A stretch of DNA of 38,909 nucleotides from assembly GCA_900088475.1 (NCBI GenBank), contig FLMG01000591.1, positions 1-38,909 of the forward strand, written 5' to 3'. Made by a program: the position numbers and the translations under genes. This document shows positions 1-10,590 of this stretch, in pieces. This DNA is from Hyphochytrium catenoides (taxonomy: Eukaryota; Protista; Hyphochytriomycota). How positions within the stretch are numbered: position 1 is the first letter of the stretch; every line of letters starts with the position of its first letter. The notes beneath the pieces are model-generated. The model was not told the origin of the DNA. It saw only the letters and a list, made by a program, of their open reading frames with translations, and searched no databases.

Positions 1-650
1 AAAAGAAAACAGAGAGAAAGAAGATCAAAGTTTGCAAGTTCATAAGGGCAGGGAGCAGCTGCACTCGCTAAAAAGATCCAGGAGAGTTATACTGAAAGAG
101 TGCATATCCCTAAGACGTGACACTTGGCAAACGAACGGAGAGCTGCAGTCAAGATGACAGCGGGATGCCCTTCACAGAGAGAGAGAGATAGGTGATCTAG
201 ACATGTATTAGTACACTTGGAAGGAGACAGCAAGAGGGAAGACCCGACAGAGTTCAGGACTTCATAGAGCAAACAGTTCATTAACTCGTTTAACTGCTGA
301 CATTGAGGGGCAGCAGAGAAAAAATAAGAAATAACTTAGACATTGAAAGAAACTAGTCAAGCGGGTAGGGAAGAGAGATCTCTCTTTCTTCTCCATTTTA
401 AGATTGGCACTCCGCCACTCTTTCTCTTTAGTGCACTCTGTTGGCACTCGGTCTGGACAGAACTCACAATCTAGTGGGAGAGAATGCCCCGGAAGGGTGA
501 AGCACTAGGGAGATGGTGGAAAAGACATGTGAACCTAGTACTCAATGAGCTATACTGACCCCAAGTCATCCTTTCCTTGGCTAGTGATTCTTATGTTCCC
601 CTTCTCTCGCTCTGTCCTTCACTTGCTTGGGGTCAGTCCCTGCGTTTTAA

Positions 651-3600
651 CTAGAGGATCGTAGGAGGTCGTCCTGCTCCTAGCGCGGCTTCTTCATGCG
701 GTGGTATGCCATAGAGCTTAGGGACCACAGGCATAGGTGCTCCTCTTCTCACCAACGAGGCACTAGTGGTCGGACCGGACATAAGAGAAGGAGGAATCAT
801 CTGTGTAGCAGTAGAGACAGGAAAGGAAGGAGGAGGCGGCTCTGTCGTTGGAGGACGGAGATAGGGAAGAGAGCGCTTCCTATCGGGTTCATAGCCATCG
901 TCGCCCTGGAGGTCAGGGTTGTGCTCCAGGTATGGTGTCTCGAGTCTCTGAGCAGGAGAAAGTGCGGGCTGCACTGTGCTTCTCGTCATCGGGGGATGGA
1001 GGACAGCCCTATCTCCAGCATTGCTCCCTCTCCTTCCATCATGGATTATAGAGAGTGAACGCAGATAGCGATCAACATCTCGCAGCCCCTCTCTACCATC
1101 TGGATGCAGGTCCGCATAACCATAGCAGGCCGGAGTGAGAGCGTCTGCATTGTAAAAGAACATGCTATCGTCCCGCGCGAGGGAGAGGGACCTACGATCC
1201 CCACTGTACCCCGCGATTGAGTGACCTCCTTCCCCTGCACCTCCTGCAGGATAGCGTTGTCCTGCCACTATGCTCTGCGCTATTGACTGAGCGGCGACAA
1301 TGCTTTCGATCCTTCGCGAAAATTGTTTGAGCATGGTTTTCTCTTTGGCAAAATTGGCCTGCAAAGCCGGCTCTTCGGGTGAGAGCTGGGGGCTTCCCCT
1401 TCCATACTCTTGCAAAGAGACAATTTCTGAAAAAAGGCCCTCCTTCTTGGCGACTAGGTCTCTATAAGTCCCTTGCTCTGCAACAACTCCGTCCTTCATC
1501 ACGAAGATCTTGTCCGCTGTCACAGTGGTCTGGTAGCGGTGCGTTACCTAGAAGGGATAGGCAGTCAACAAGGGCATATCGCAGCTTTAGCTCCATGGAC
1601 AGGAAAGGTGGAGATGAGCTCCAATCAGCGAGAGGATGCGAACAAACGAATAAGAATGATGGTAGAGGACGAACGCAGCGCTAGGTAATGGTGAGCGCGC
1701 GGAAGAAGAATCACGTACGGATATTATCGTCATCTTATACTTTCGCTTCAGCTTATCGAAGGTTTGCACGATCGCATACTCCGTCTCCGGATCCAGAGCA
1801 GAAGTTGCCTGTCGTTTGCACAGAAAGAGTTAGATCTCACTAAAGCTACCAGCTAGGAAAAAGTAACCAAGCTTGAAGGAGATAAAACAAGAGAAAGAAC
1901 AATGCCAAGAAAGAGGAAGATGCCAGTCGTCGGCAGAGGCGATAGAGACTAGACAAAGTAGTTTGAAGAGTGACCGGGAGTGGAAGACTCTAATGCTTAC
2001 CTCATCTAGAAGCAGGATCTGCGGCCTCCTACAGAGGGCTCGAGCTAGGCAGACCCTTTGCGCCTGGCCACCAGAGAGGGAGGATGTTGCATGCTGGCCG
2101 ACCACCGTCTCATAGCCTTGAGGGAGACTCATGATGAAGTCGTGACATTCGGCCTCTCTTGCCGCCTCAAAGCATTGCTCGTCCGTCGCTTCCGTCAATC
2201 CATAGCGGATGTTATCGAGAATAGTGCCATTAATAATCATTATATCCTGGAAAACGACGCCCATTTTCTTCGACAAGGACGCCCGGGAGAACAGCTCCAC
2301 GTCTAGTCCGTCCACCACGATATTCCCACTCTCGGGCTTCTCAAAGCCTAAGAGAAGGGAGAGAACGGTAGACTTTCCACAGCCACTGGTGCCGACAATG
2401 CAGTTGTAGGTCCCCTGAGAGAAACAGAAACGATAGAGGAAGAGGACACAGGGAAGGGAGGGTAAGGGTGGAGCCAGGACCTGACGCTAACTAGAGAGAC
2501 AGACCGCAAGACACGTGGTACAGCGCCAACAGGGGCAAACTGTATGCCATGACCGCAGAGAACAATGGCAAAAGTGACAAATGATACGCATACAAACCTC
2601 TCTCTCTCTCTCTGTGTGTGTCTCTCTCTCTCTTTCTTCTTCCTTGGTCCTAATTTCTCAAGCTAACTTCACACCTCAGGACCGTGTCTCTTCTTACCTT
2701 GATAAACTGCATTGAGATGCCATCGAGGGTGTAGGTCGGTGAGGACGGATTGTATTTGAACCTCACATCCATGAGACCCAGAGATTCCTTCATAGTGGGC
2801 AAAGGCGGGGGAATGGAACTGTCCAGCCCCATCACTTTCACATCCTTGATGTCAGGACTTTTCCTCCCTCCTTCTCTCCCTCCGTTTCCGCCCAGACCTC
2901 CTTTCCCTTCTTCTCTGTCGTCGCCTCCATCCTTCTCCAGCTCCTCGAGGACGAGATCCAATCGTTGCAAGCTCCCTGCATTGCCAATAGCCCAACGCAT
3001 AAATCCTCCTAAGGTAATGACTGGATTGGCAAGATTCTGATACAGGGCTATGTATCCGGCGAAGTCTCCAATAGAAGGGCCTGGAATGCCCTTCTTTGCT
3101 GAGTAGAAAATGTTATAGGCCACGGCTGCAATCTGTAATGTCACATAGACATAGACAAAGCCAGAGATGTACGTCTGTACAGCGGTGGCCCAGATTTGAC
3201 TGGAAATGGAAGACTTTCTAAGCTTCTCAACGTGATGTCTGAAGCGAGCGAGATAGGGCTCAAAGATGTCAAACGCCTTGACAACACGCTGGCACTCAAT
3301 GCCATTTTGAAACTCTGCCGCAAGATAAGCGCTCTTCCCTACGTAGTCCTTTGACTTGTGCGCGGCGTGCTCTTGAGGACCGCCGGAAAGAAGCACCCCA
3401 ATGAAGAGGAACCCTAGTATGCCCTGTGCCCAGTCAGTAAGGATGATATAGCCAAGAGCGAAGACTATGCACGCCATAGGGTTCAGCAGGTTCCAGAAGA
3501 CAGCTTGCCATAAGGCATTGACACGCGCAATGTCTGCTGTAAAGAGATTGTTCAAGTCTCCCTCTGAGTGAGAAGCAAAAAATCTCGAATGCATGCGCAG

Positions 3601-5176
3601 TATAGAAGAAGTGAGCCGCAGTTGCATTTTCGTGGTTGCATCCGCAATGATCTTGGCTTGATAGTAACCCACTCCAATATTGCAGAGAATGTACGGCGCG
3701 CACAGAACCAAGAGCCCTGTCACACCGTCAATTAGCGCTTCCTCGGGCGTTGGATCTACGGCGTTCTTCCTCGTCACGTCCAGAGCCTTGTTGAGAATGT
3801 ACTTGATGAAAAAGGACTGCGCCGGAGCGACTGACGCATTCACGAAGACGATGAGGAGCACGACAAACAAGTCAAATTTCTGGCCTGCCCAGTGCTTGAC
3901 AGTGCTAACGATGACCTCCCATGTCCCATATGCACCCTCAACAGTCCCCATGTTTACTGTCTGCATGTAGGACAGAAAGAGAGTTGCAGACATGCCAGGG
4001 GGTCGATGAGGAAGCGCTCTCTCAAGGAAAAGAAGGAAATCCGTCGAGGTCATATAGCCGTGATCATTGCCGGCTGCAATAATGAGCTGTGTGATCATTA
4101 GCTCGTACTGGGGCAAAGCCAGACCAGGAAGACTACTCAGTAGGTCCTTTACAGAGTCTGTAGGCAAAGGAAAGGAGCAAGCAAGTGGCGCCATTAGATA
4201 AGGGACAGAAGTGGCTCATCAGGAAGAACTAACGAAGACAAAATNNNNNNNNNNNNNNNNNNNNNNNNNNNNNNNNNNNNNGAGAGAGAGCGAGATCTGA
4301 CAGTGGCTGTGCACGCGTCAGCATAGCTCCCGTGCACAGCAAGAGAAGTAGAAAGAAGAGGGAAGGTAGTTTGGCGAGAACAATAAACCAAGCGCACTCA
4401 CCAATAGAGATCAACAGACTTGGCTGTTCGTCTAACTGTAAGACCTTGGAGGTGAACTTTCTCGAGTAAGGCTTAATCATCAGCCTCAGTGAGGAGAGAA
4501 AGATGAAGAGAACAGTCGTGATCGACCGCACAGGGACCGAAGAGGAGCCTACCATGTAGGCCAACGGTACTTGTCCCTGAAAGAACTGATAGTATGACCG
4601 ATAAAAGACAAAGGCGGTGATGATAAGGACAAGCAGGGTCTCGGTCATGGAGGATCGGGAAGAGATGATAAAAGATCGGAGCCCTATCGCTCTCGCTCCT
4701 GCTTCTGTGGCGAAGATAACACCGGAGAAGAGGAGAAAGTACGTTCCCCAGACAGGGTAATCAGACGTAGGGGCGAAGGAGAGGATCATGAACTCTTGAA
4801 GGATGTTGAGAAGGATGAGTGCCATGATTCCATAGTAAACTATGTCATCGTCAATCACGCGCATCACTGAGCGAGAGATAGGGAGACGCGAGAGATGTTG
4901 CTGGTTATGACGTTGGACAGAAGGGAGAGATGATGATGGAGTCTCTCGCTCTGTTGGGAGAGAAGAGCGAGAGCCAGAGTCATGTTCGTCTTCTATGACG
5001 ATCACTCTCTCGGCAGGAGACTGTCCACTCTTCTTCCCTGTTAGGAAGGGAGAGAGCTCCGGCTTCTTGGACGGAGGAGAAGAGCGAGGCAGCATTGGAG
5101 AAAGGACACTGCTGCCCACTATCGCACTGCCTTGGGACCTTCTCTTGCGGTCCGGCCGCACAGGAGAAGGTTCCAT
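651..5176 (-). CDS. ABCB-family half transporter (TMD-NBD) with N-terminal four-helix ion-channel-like domain and EF-hand-like linker; exons 5176-4402, 4157-2698, 2414-2001, 1808-1719, 1547-651 (about 1211 aa)
   Basis: Spliced translation gives Walker A GTSGCGKST, Q-loop VVFQD, signature LSGGQAQRVCLARAL, Walker B/D-loop ILLLDE|ATSALD and H-loop ISVTHR. A hydrophobic ABC membrane domain (EGDLNNLFTADI) fills exon 2. All four introns are GT-AG and phase-compatible. The start codon is uncertain, and intron 1 contains an N gap. Confidence 0.9.
2598..2640. repeat. (CT)n/(GT)n microsatellite in ABC intron 2
   Basis: ctctctctctctctctgtgtgtgtctctctctc read directly. Confidence 0.85.
4245..4281. other. 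Assembly gap (N run) inside ABC transporter intron 1
   Basis: Run of n next to a GA repeat. Confidence 0.99.
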
Positions 5177-5739
5177 CCACTTCTCTTCTCTCTAAGGAGA
5201 GAGATGGCAACGAAAGGAAGCCCAGCAGTATACACAGAGAAAGAGGGGCCGAGCGTCTATTCCATGGCACCCTAAGGTGTAAGGGAAGAGGGGAGAGGAG
5301 GAAGAGCGAATGTGCAGAGTGTTTTCTAGGGAGAGAGGACGGATAGTCTTGGTGTCTGCCTATCTCTTCAACAACATGGACCAGCAGGAAGTCTTGACAG
5401 GGGTCTGCGGTCGAGGTCAACAGCACCAACAGGCAAACAGAGCTTCTCCCTCTCTCTTTTTGTTCTGGCGCCAGATCTCAAGAAACAGCTCGGATGCCGC
5501 GATCTATTCAACAGTTAGGATTCCGGCAGTCAATCAGAACGAGAGAGAGTCTCCAATGATCCGGACGGACAGGACGGAGCTGCAATAGGAAGAGGCGATG
5601 GTTGAGATCAATCAATCAACGAGACGGTGGCGCCGCAGTGAGAGAGAGAGGGACAAAGCGAAGAGAAGAGAAGAAAAGAAGCGGGTGATCCTCTCGCACT
5701 ACAAAGGGAAGTACATCTTTTATTATTAGCAGACCTGTA

Positions 5740-6034
5740 GTCTTTCTCTTCTCTTTCTCCCTCTCTTTCCCTCTTTTCTCTCCACGTTGCTCCTCTCTCT
5801 CATCCTGTGGTGCGTCCTGGTCTGTCTCTCTTGCCTGTCGCTTTGCACATTCCTATCCCGCTTCGCTTCGGTTGAAGTCCTACGAGGGACCACCTTCTCT
5901 CTCTTCTTCTTCCTCTTTCTCTTCCTGTCTCTTTCTGTCCCTCTCTCGGCCACTCTCTCTCACTCTCTGTCACTCTCTCTCTCTCTCTGTCCCTCCCTCC
6001 CTCTCTTTCTGTCCCTCTCTCTTTCTGTCCCCCT

Positions 6035-6065
<31 letters not shown>

Positions 6066-6120
6066 CTCTCTCTCTCTCTCTGTCTCTCTCTCTCTCTCCT
6101 TCCTCTCCTTGTCCCTTCTT
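5740..6120 (+). repeat. Long (CT)n-rich polypyrimidine tract
   Basis: Near-continuous CT repeats; the overlapping LSLS/ERER ORFs are artefacts of this tract. Confidence 0.95.
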
Positions 6121-7252
6121 AGGCACGCCAGACTGGCTCCTGCACTTCCAATACTTCCACAGCCGTTACCGGTAATGAAAACGGCTTTTGGCTTGGTTAG
6201 GAAAGCGTAGGTCGTAGAGAGAAAGGGAGGAGAGAGATGGGGCCAGGCCACTGTTAGGTGCAGGTACACTTTCTCTCTTTTCTTTCAGCTTCCTAGTGCT
6301 TCTTTCTCTCGCGCTCTGTCTCTTCTTGTCTCAGGAGGTGCAGTACTTCCATCAGGGCTTACCCATTTCCTTCTCGGTGTCTCGCTGCTCTCTGTCTCTC
6401 GGCAATTTTATCACCTTGTTGCAAACTCCTGGTCTTTGTCTCTTCAGCCTCAGCATTTCTCTTACCGTCACCTTAATCACTAGCCTTTCTTTCATTACTC
6501 TTTCTCTCAGACGAAGCTCTATTTACCTATAGATGACCCCTCTCTCTTCTACCACTCTGTCTTCTGGAAGGTACCTCCTTCTGCCCCATCTTCTTTTCGA
6601 GGGCTATTTCGTACCAGCCACACTGCGGACTGAGGGTTAGTAGGGGCACCTTTTCCTACCTATGGACAAAGCCTGAGTTTGGTTTCAGGAAGGCCTTATA
6701 GAAACCCCTATAACCATATGGGAGGGAAGGGCACCACCAGGATGAATTAAGTTCCCTTTGACCTGTCCTCAGAGTCTCTCAACAGTCTGCTCTCTGGCAC
6801 ACTTCACCCGCTTGTCGACACCAATACCAAGTATAGAAGACAGATTGACCACCAAAGATAGCTTTTTGATAAAGACAGAGTACCCTATAATAAGCTTAAT
6901 CGAAAGGGAACAAGGTGCTCGAGGTGAGAAGCTTTAGACAGAAAGAGCTGTGAAGAGATGTACACTGAATATCTCCGTCCAAGATGTCTGTTGGATTTCT
7001 CACAGCAAAAGCAATCAAAGCCCCTGCTCTTTTGGGTTGACTCCGGTAGCTAGCTCCGGCAGCCGGCTTTAGTTTCGGATCATTATATAACGATTTGGCT
7101 AAAGCAATGCGCCGGCTACCTGCTTTACCTCTTTTTTACTCTTTAATCCCGGATCGGAGGTGTCAAATTATGATCGTTTGGCAGTAGTGCTGGGAAGACA
7201 GGATGGTGAAGATGAAGATTGAAGGAAGATCCATCAAAAATTACCAAGAAAA

Positions 7253-7842
7253 CGTCAGCAGCCCTGCTGGCGACATAAAGCTGCTAGATACTTTTGCTCC
7301 GCTGCATCAGAAGATCAGAGGTTGGAGCGATGATAATGTCAGGGTGACTGATGATGGGGAGCTGCCACTGCTTTTAGCAGGGAAGCTGTTGCTACTCCTT
7401 AGCAGCGGAGCTCCTCCCAATCGTCATCATGAATGCCGGCCGAGCCGAGTGTCGTGTGAATGTAATGCCCTCTGCTTCAGAGATATGACAAGTTTTGGCG
7501 ATGGTGGGAGCTTGAGTAACGATGGGGAGCCGTGAGTGGCTGGCACCAAGCTGTAAATGCCTCCCTGGCAACAATCTGAATCACAAGACCGCTCAGAGCG
7601 ACAATCGTTAGAGCAGCGCCGGCCATAGCCTCAAGCTTGCCATAGCAATAGCCCCCAGGGTCCTTGTTAGCCATCGGTCAAGGAAGGATCAAATCTCACG
7701 ATCATCTTGGTACTCAAGGGCTGTCTTCAAGATGAATAATAGCAAATACGCCTCCGCTGCGTGTCTGTCATCCACCGTGTGAGCGCCACAAAATTACAAT
7801 TAAGAGATCACTCCGAGTGTCGCTAGATCCACAAAGGGCACT
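7253..7842 (-). pseudogene. Degraded cation diffusion facilitator (CDF; MMT1/MTP6/FieF-like) pseudogene
   Basis: Minus-strand fragments occur in CDF order. These are SAL-VDLA-HS-SDLLI-FVAL (cf. ALxADAxHSLSDLxSDFVxL), ANKDPGGYCYGKLEAMAG (cf. DxxHPYGYGKxE), AAKE* (cf. KEWL), HYHRSNL*SSDAA (cf. WHHRSDxxSS) and PAGLLT (cf. DPxAGLLV). They are broken by frameshifts and stops at 7394-7392 and 7317-7315. Confidence 0.6.
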
Positions 7843-8362
7843 CTTTGTAAGTTCGTCTGCATCTTCATATCAACGCTTTGGTTTGTCTACCGACTGTCGT
7901 CAGGCACAGACCCACCGCTTGATGATGTCGTCACGGAACATGGATTGAGACGCTAGTTACATAAATAATGGAAGCTGTTTGCCCCGAAATAGCCTGAGGA
8001 GAGGCAAGGGTCTCCCTTTCCCTCGCGGCATTGCCTCAAAGATCAAGAAAGTCATGGCTATAAAGGCGAAGAGGTGTTCCAAGCCATTTGATGTCAGTAG
8101 ACAATCTCTTTCCAATGCCATCGCTCATGCAGTGATTCCGTAACCTGACCTACAGCAGGGCCTATGGAGACTAACTAGTAAATCTTCTGTTGAAGCTTAA
8201 CGTCACTCAGCAATCCACCATCGCTAGTTAACGATGTTCCAACTTCGCTAAAGAGACAGTAGCAAGCGTACTAAAGGAGTTGGATCTATTCTATTCACTA
8301 TTATGAACTAGGTGTGATTGGTCGAGTCTCCCTCTACCTTTCTATTTCATCGATCGCGTCTC

Positions 8363-10098
8363 TTAGTGCATGACGCTTTGGTATGTAGGGCAGAGGTACT
8401 TGATGTTGATGAAGGCATCCTCTCCTCCTGTGACCTCCAAAAGTTCCAGGGTCTGGTTGATAAGATCGCCCAGGTTGGCAAGCTTCCGCTGAGAGTAATC
8501 TATACTGTCTCCCAGGTTTTCTAAACAACAAAGAGAAGGCCATTAGAGAAAGCGCAAGAAAAAGCTCTCTCAGCAATGGGCATGACAAGCACGAGAAGCC
8601 TTAAACCATGACAGGAATAGCTTGATGACAAGGAGTCAGGAACAAAGGAGGTAGGCAAAGGAAAGAAAGTGCCCCTAAAACCTCATGGAGAAAGCGAAGA
8701 AGAACAATCGGGAGTAGCTCTGTCCAGTAGAAAGAAGCAACCAGTAACAACAGGAGAAGGACGTGATATCTCCTCATTCACCATTGCAGTTCATGAAGAT
8801 GTTGAACACTGGCAATATCTGCCGGTAGTAGGGAACAAGGGCTTGTCCTATTAGGTTGACTTCGCCCTGCTTTTGCGTGCCTTTGACGAGCAGCTGAATG
8901 GTCTTTAGGATCCTGATAATAACATCCTTCTGTCGCGTGTTGAGACCAGCTGCAGAGATTGTCAAAGGAGAGAGATGAGAGGAAGATGAGCCTGGCAGGC
9001 TGTTCTCTCCAGAGAAGAAAGGAGATAGAAGGGTGGACCTTAAACGCTACATGAAGGCGATCAAGAGGCAGGTGGAGGAACTTCATGGATTTTCTCACTT
9101 TTAATGGGCCGAATGAGCTGCGGGATAACAGGAAGGACTTTCTCCTGTCCGCCGTGGAGGAGCATATCTCTACACCCCTGTAGACGAGAAGAAGAAGAAG
9201 AGTAATGGGTATGGTTCAAAGACTCTATGATTGAGGAAGTGCTAACCCAAGGAGTTGCGCTCTTAGATAGCACTTCTCATCAAGCATAAGTCGGAAGGTC
9301 GGTCTGTGAAGAAGTTACGGTTCGGCAATAAACAGTTCGACCAACAGATGGCCAGAGCAATTTCATGAACAATGCTATGGTGGATGATGAAAGGTGAAAA
9401 TAAAGCATTAGATCTAGGAGAAGAAAGAAGAGGCTAGCTTGCTTACCGCTTCTGCCATAAAGGAGTAAGGTACCTCTATTTCCCTGAGGCCATCGAAGAA
9501 GATTGGCAGATAGTGATGGTAATCAAGCTGGCAAGAGGAGCAGAGATGTCATGCTTTGGAAGGCATCTGGCTCCCAGAATCAAGTGTCGAACAGGCTCCC
9601 AGAAACAAGTGTCGAGAAAGGAAGGTATCCGCCTAGACCGAGGACAGGTAACCAAGGAATAAGAGCGCGCCTTACCTTAGTAATCTGGACCTTCCAGTGA
9701 AGGACGTTGGCGCCTGCAGCATGTTCAACTTGGATAGGAAGATCTCCTCGTTCGTAGTACATTCTGAAGTCAGTGTTGGGAGGGTTTGGTCGCTCCATCA
9801 TCGATACCCGCATCAACTGTGCAGACTTAGGCGAAGAAGGAGGTTGAAGACTTCTCGCTCTTCCTCCTCCAGCCCCACCACCACTTCCTTTCTTCACAAA
9901 GCTTTCAGGGGTGACGGGCGATGTGACTCTTTCTATAGAGAAAGCGGATTTATCAATGACATCGTCGGTCTTAATAAATCCTCCGGGACGCTCGAAGTTC
10001 CGCTGTTTGGTTGTGTCCCAACATGACCCTGTCTCCGGATGAGTAAACTCTCTTTCTGTGATCCGGTAGTCGGATGGCTTCGACTTGATCAGAGGCAT
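8363..10098 (-). CDS. PACRG: Parkin co-regulated protein (axonemal inner-junction protein); exons 10098-9676, 9527-9447, 9177-9099, 8949-8782, 8520-8363
   Basis: Diagnostic ParcG blocks [19 protein letters not shown]|[61 protein letters not shown] and [18 protein letters not shown]. Introns are GT-AG and in phase. Confidence 0.96.
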
Positions 10099-10389
10099 CG
10101 TCAGAGCTGCTTTAAAGCAAAGAATCCCTACTTCGCGCTGCAAAAGACAAAGAAGCTAGAAAGAACAAGGCTATAGTGTCTAGAGAATCTCTTGTCAAAG
10201 GACCCGTCTTAACGAATTGGACAAGGAGAAGAGCTCAATGCCAGGCGCTCAGATTGAAAAAAGCTAGCAGGATGCCAACAGAAAGCGCTAGGAGACCCAG
10301 GCGGCAATGGTAGGGGGAGAAGAAAATGACAAAGCCAGAGCAACGGCGGAGATAGCGAATACTTCTGACGTGAGAGAGAGGGCACCACA

Positions 10390-10418
10390 NNNNNNNNNNN
10401 NNNNNNNNNNNNNNNNNN
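10390..10418. other. Assembly gap (N run)
   Basis: Run of n flanked by GA repeats. Confidence 0.99.
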
Positions 10419-10556
10419 GGCGAGAGACACAGAAGAAGGAGCGAGAGACAGAGGGAGAGAGAGACAGAGGGAGAGAGTGACAGAAGGAGACAGAGAGAGA
10501 GATAGGAGAGAGAGAGAAAGACAAGGGGAGAGAGAGACCAGGAGAGAGAGAGAGAA

Positions 10557-10589
<33 letters not shown>

Positions 10590-10590
10590 C
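10419..10590. repeat. (GA)n-rich tract upstream of PACRG (CT-rich on the PACRG sense strand)
   Basis: Read directly. Confidence 0.9.

Noticed and set aside
5726-6269. Overlapping LSLS/ERER ORFs
   Set aside because: They are translations of the CT/GA microsatellite.
7315-7317. In-frame TGA read as selenocysteine or a variant genetic code
   Set aside because: It is accompanied by frameshifts and a TAG, and no SECIS was recognised; the intact genes need no recoding.
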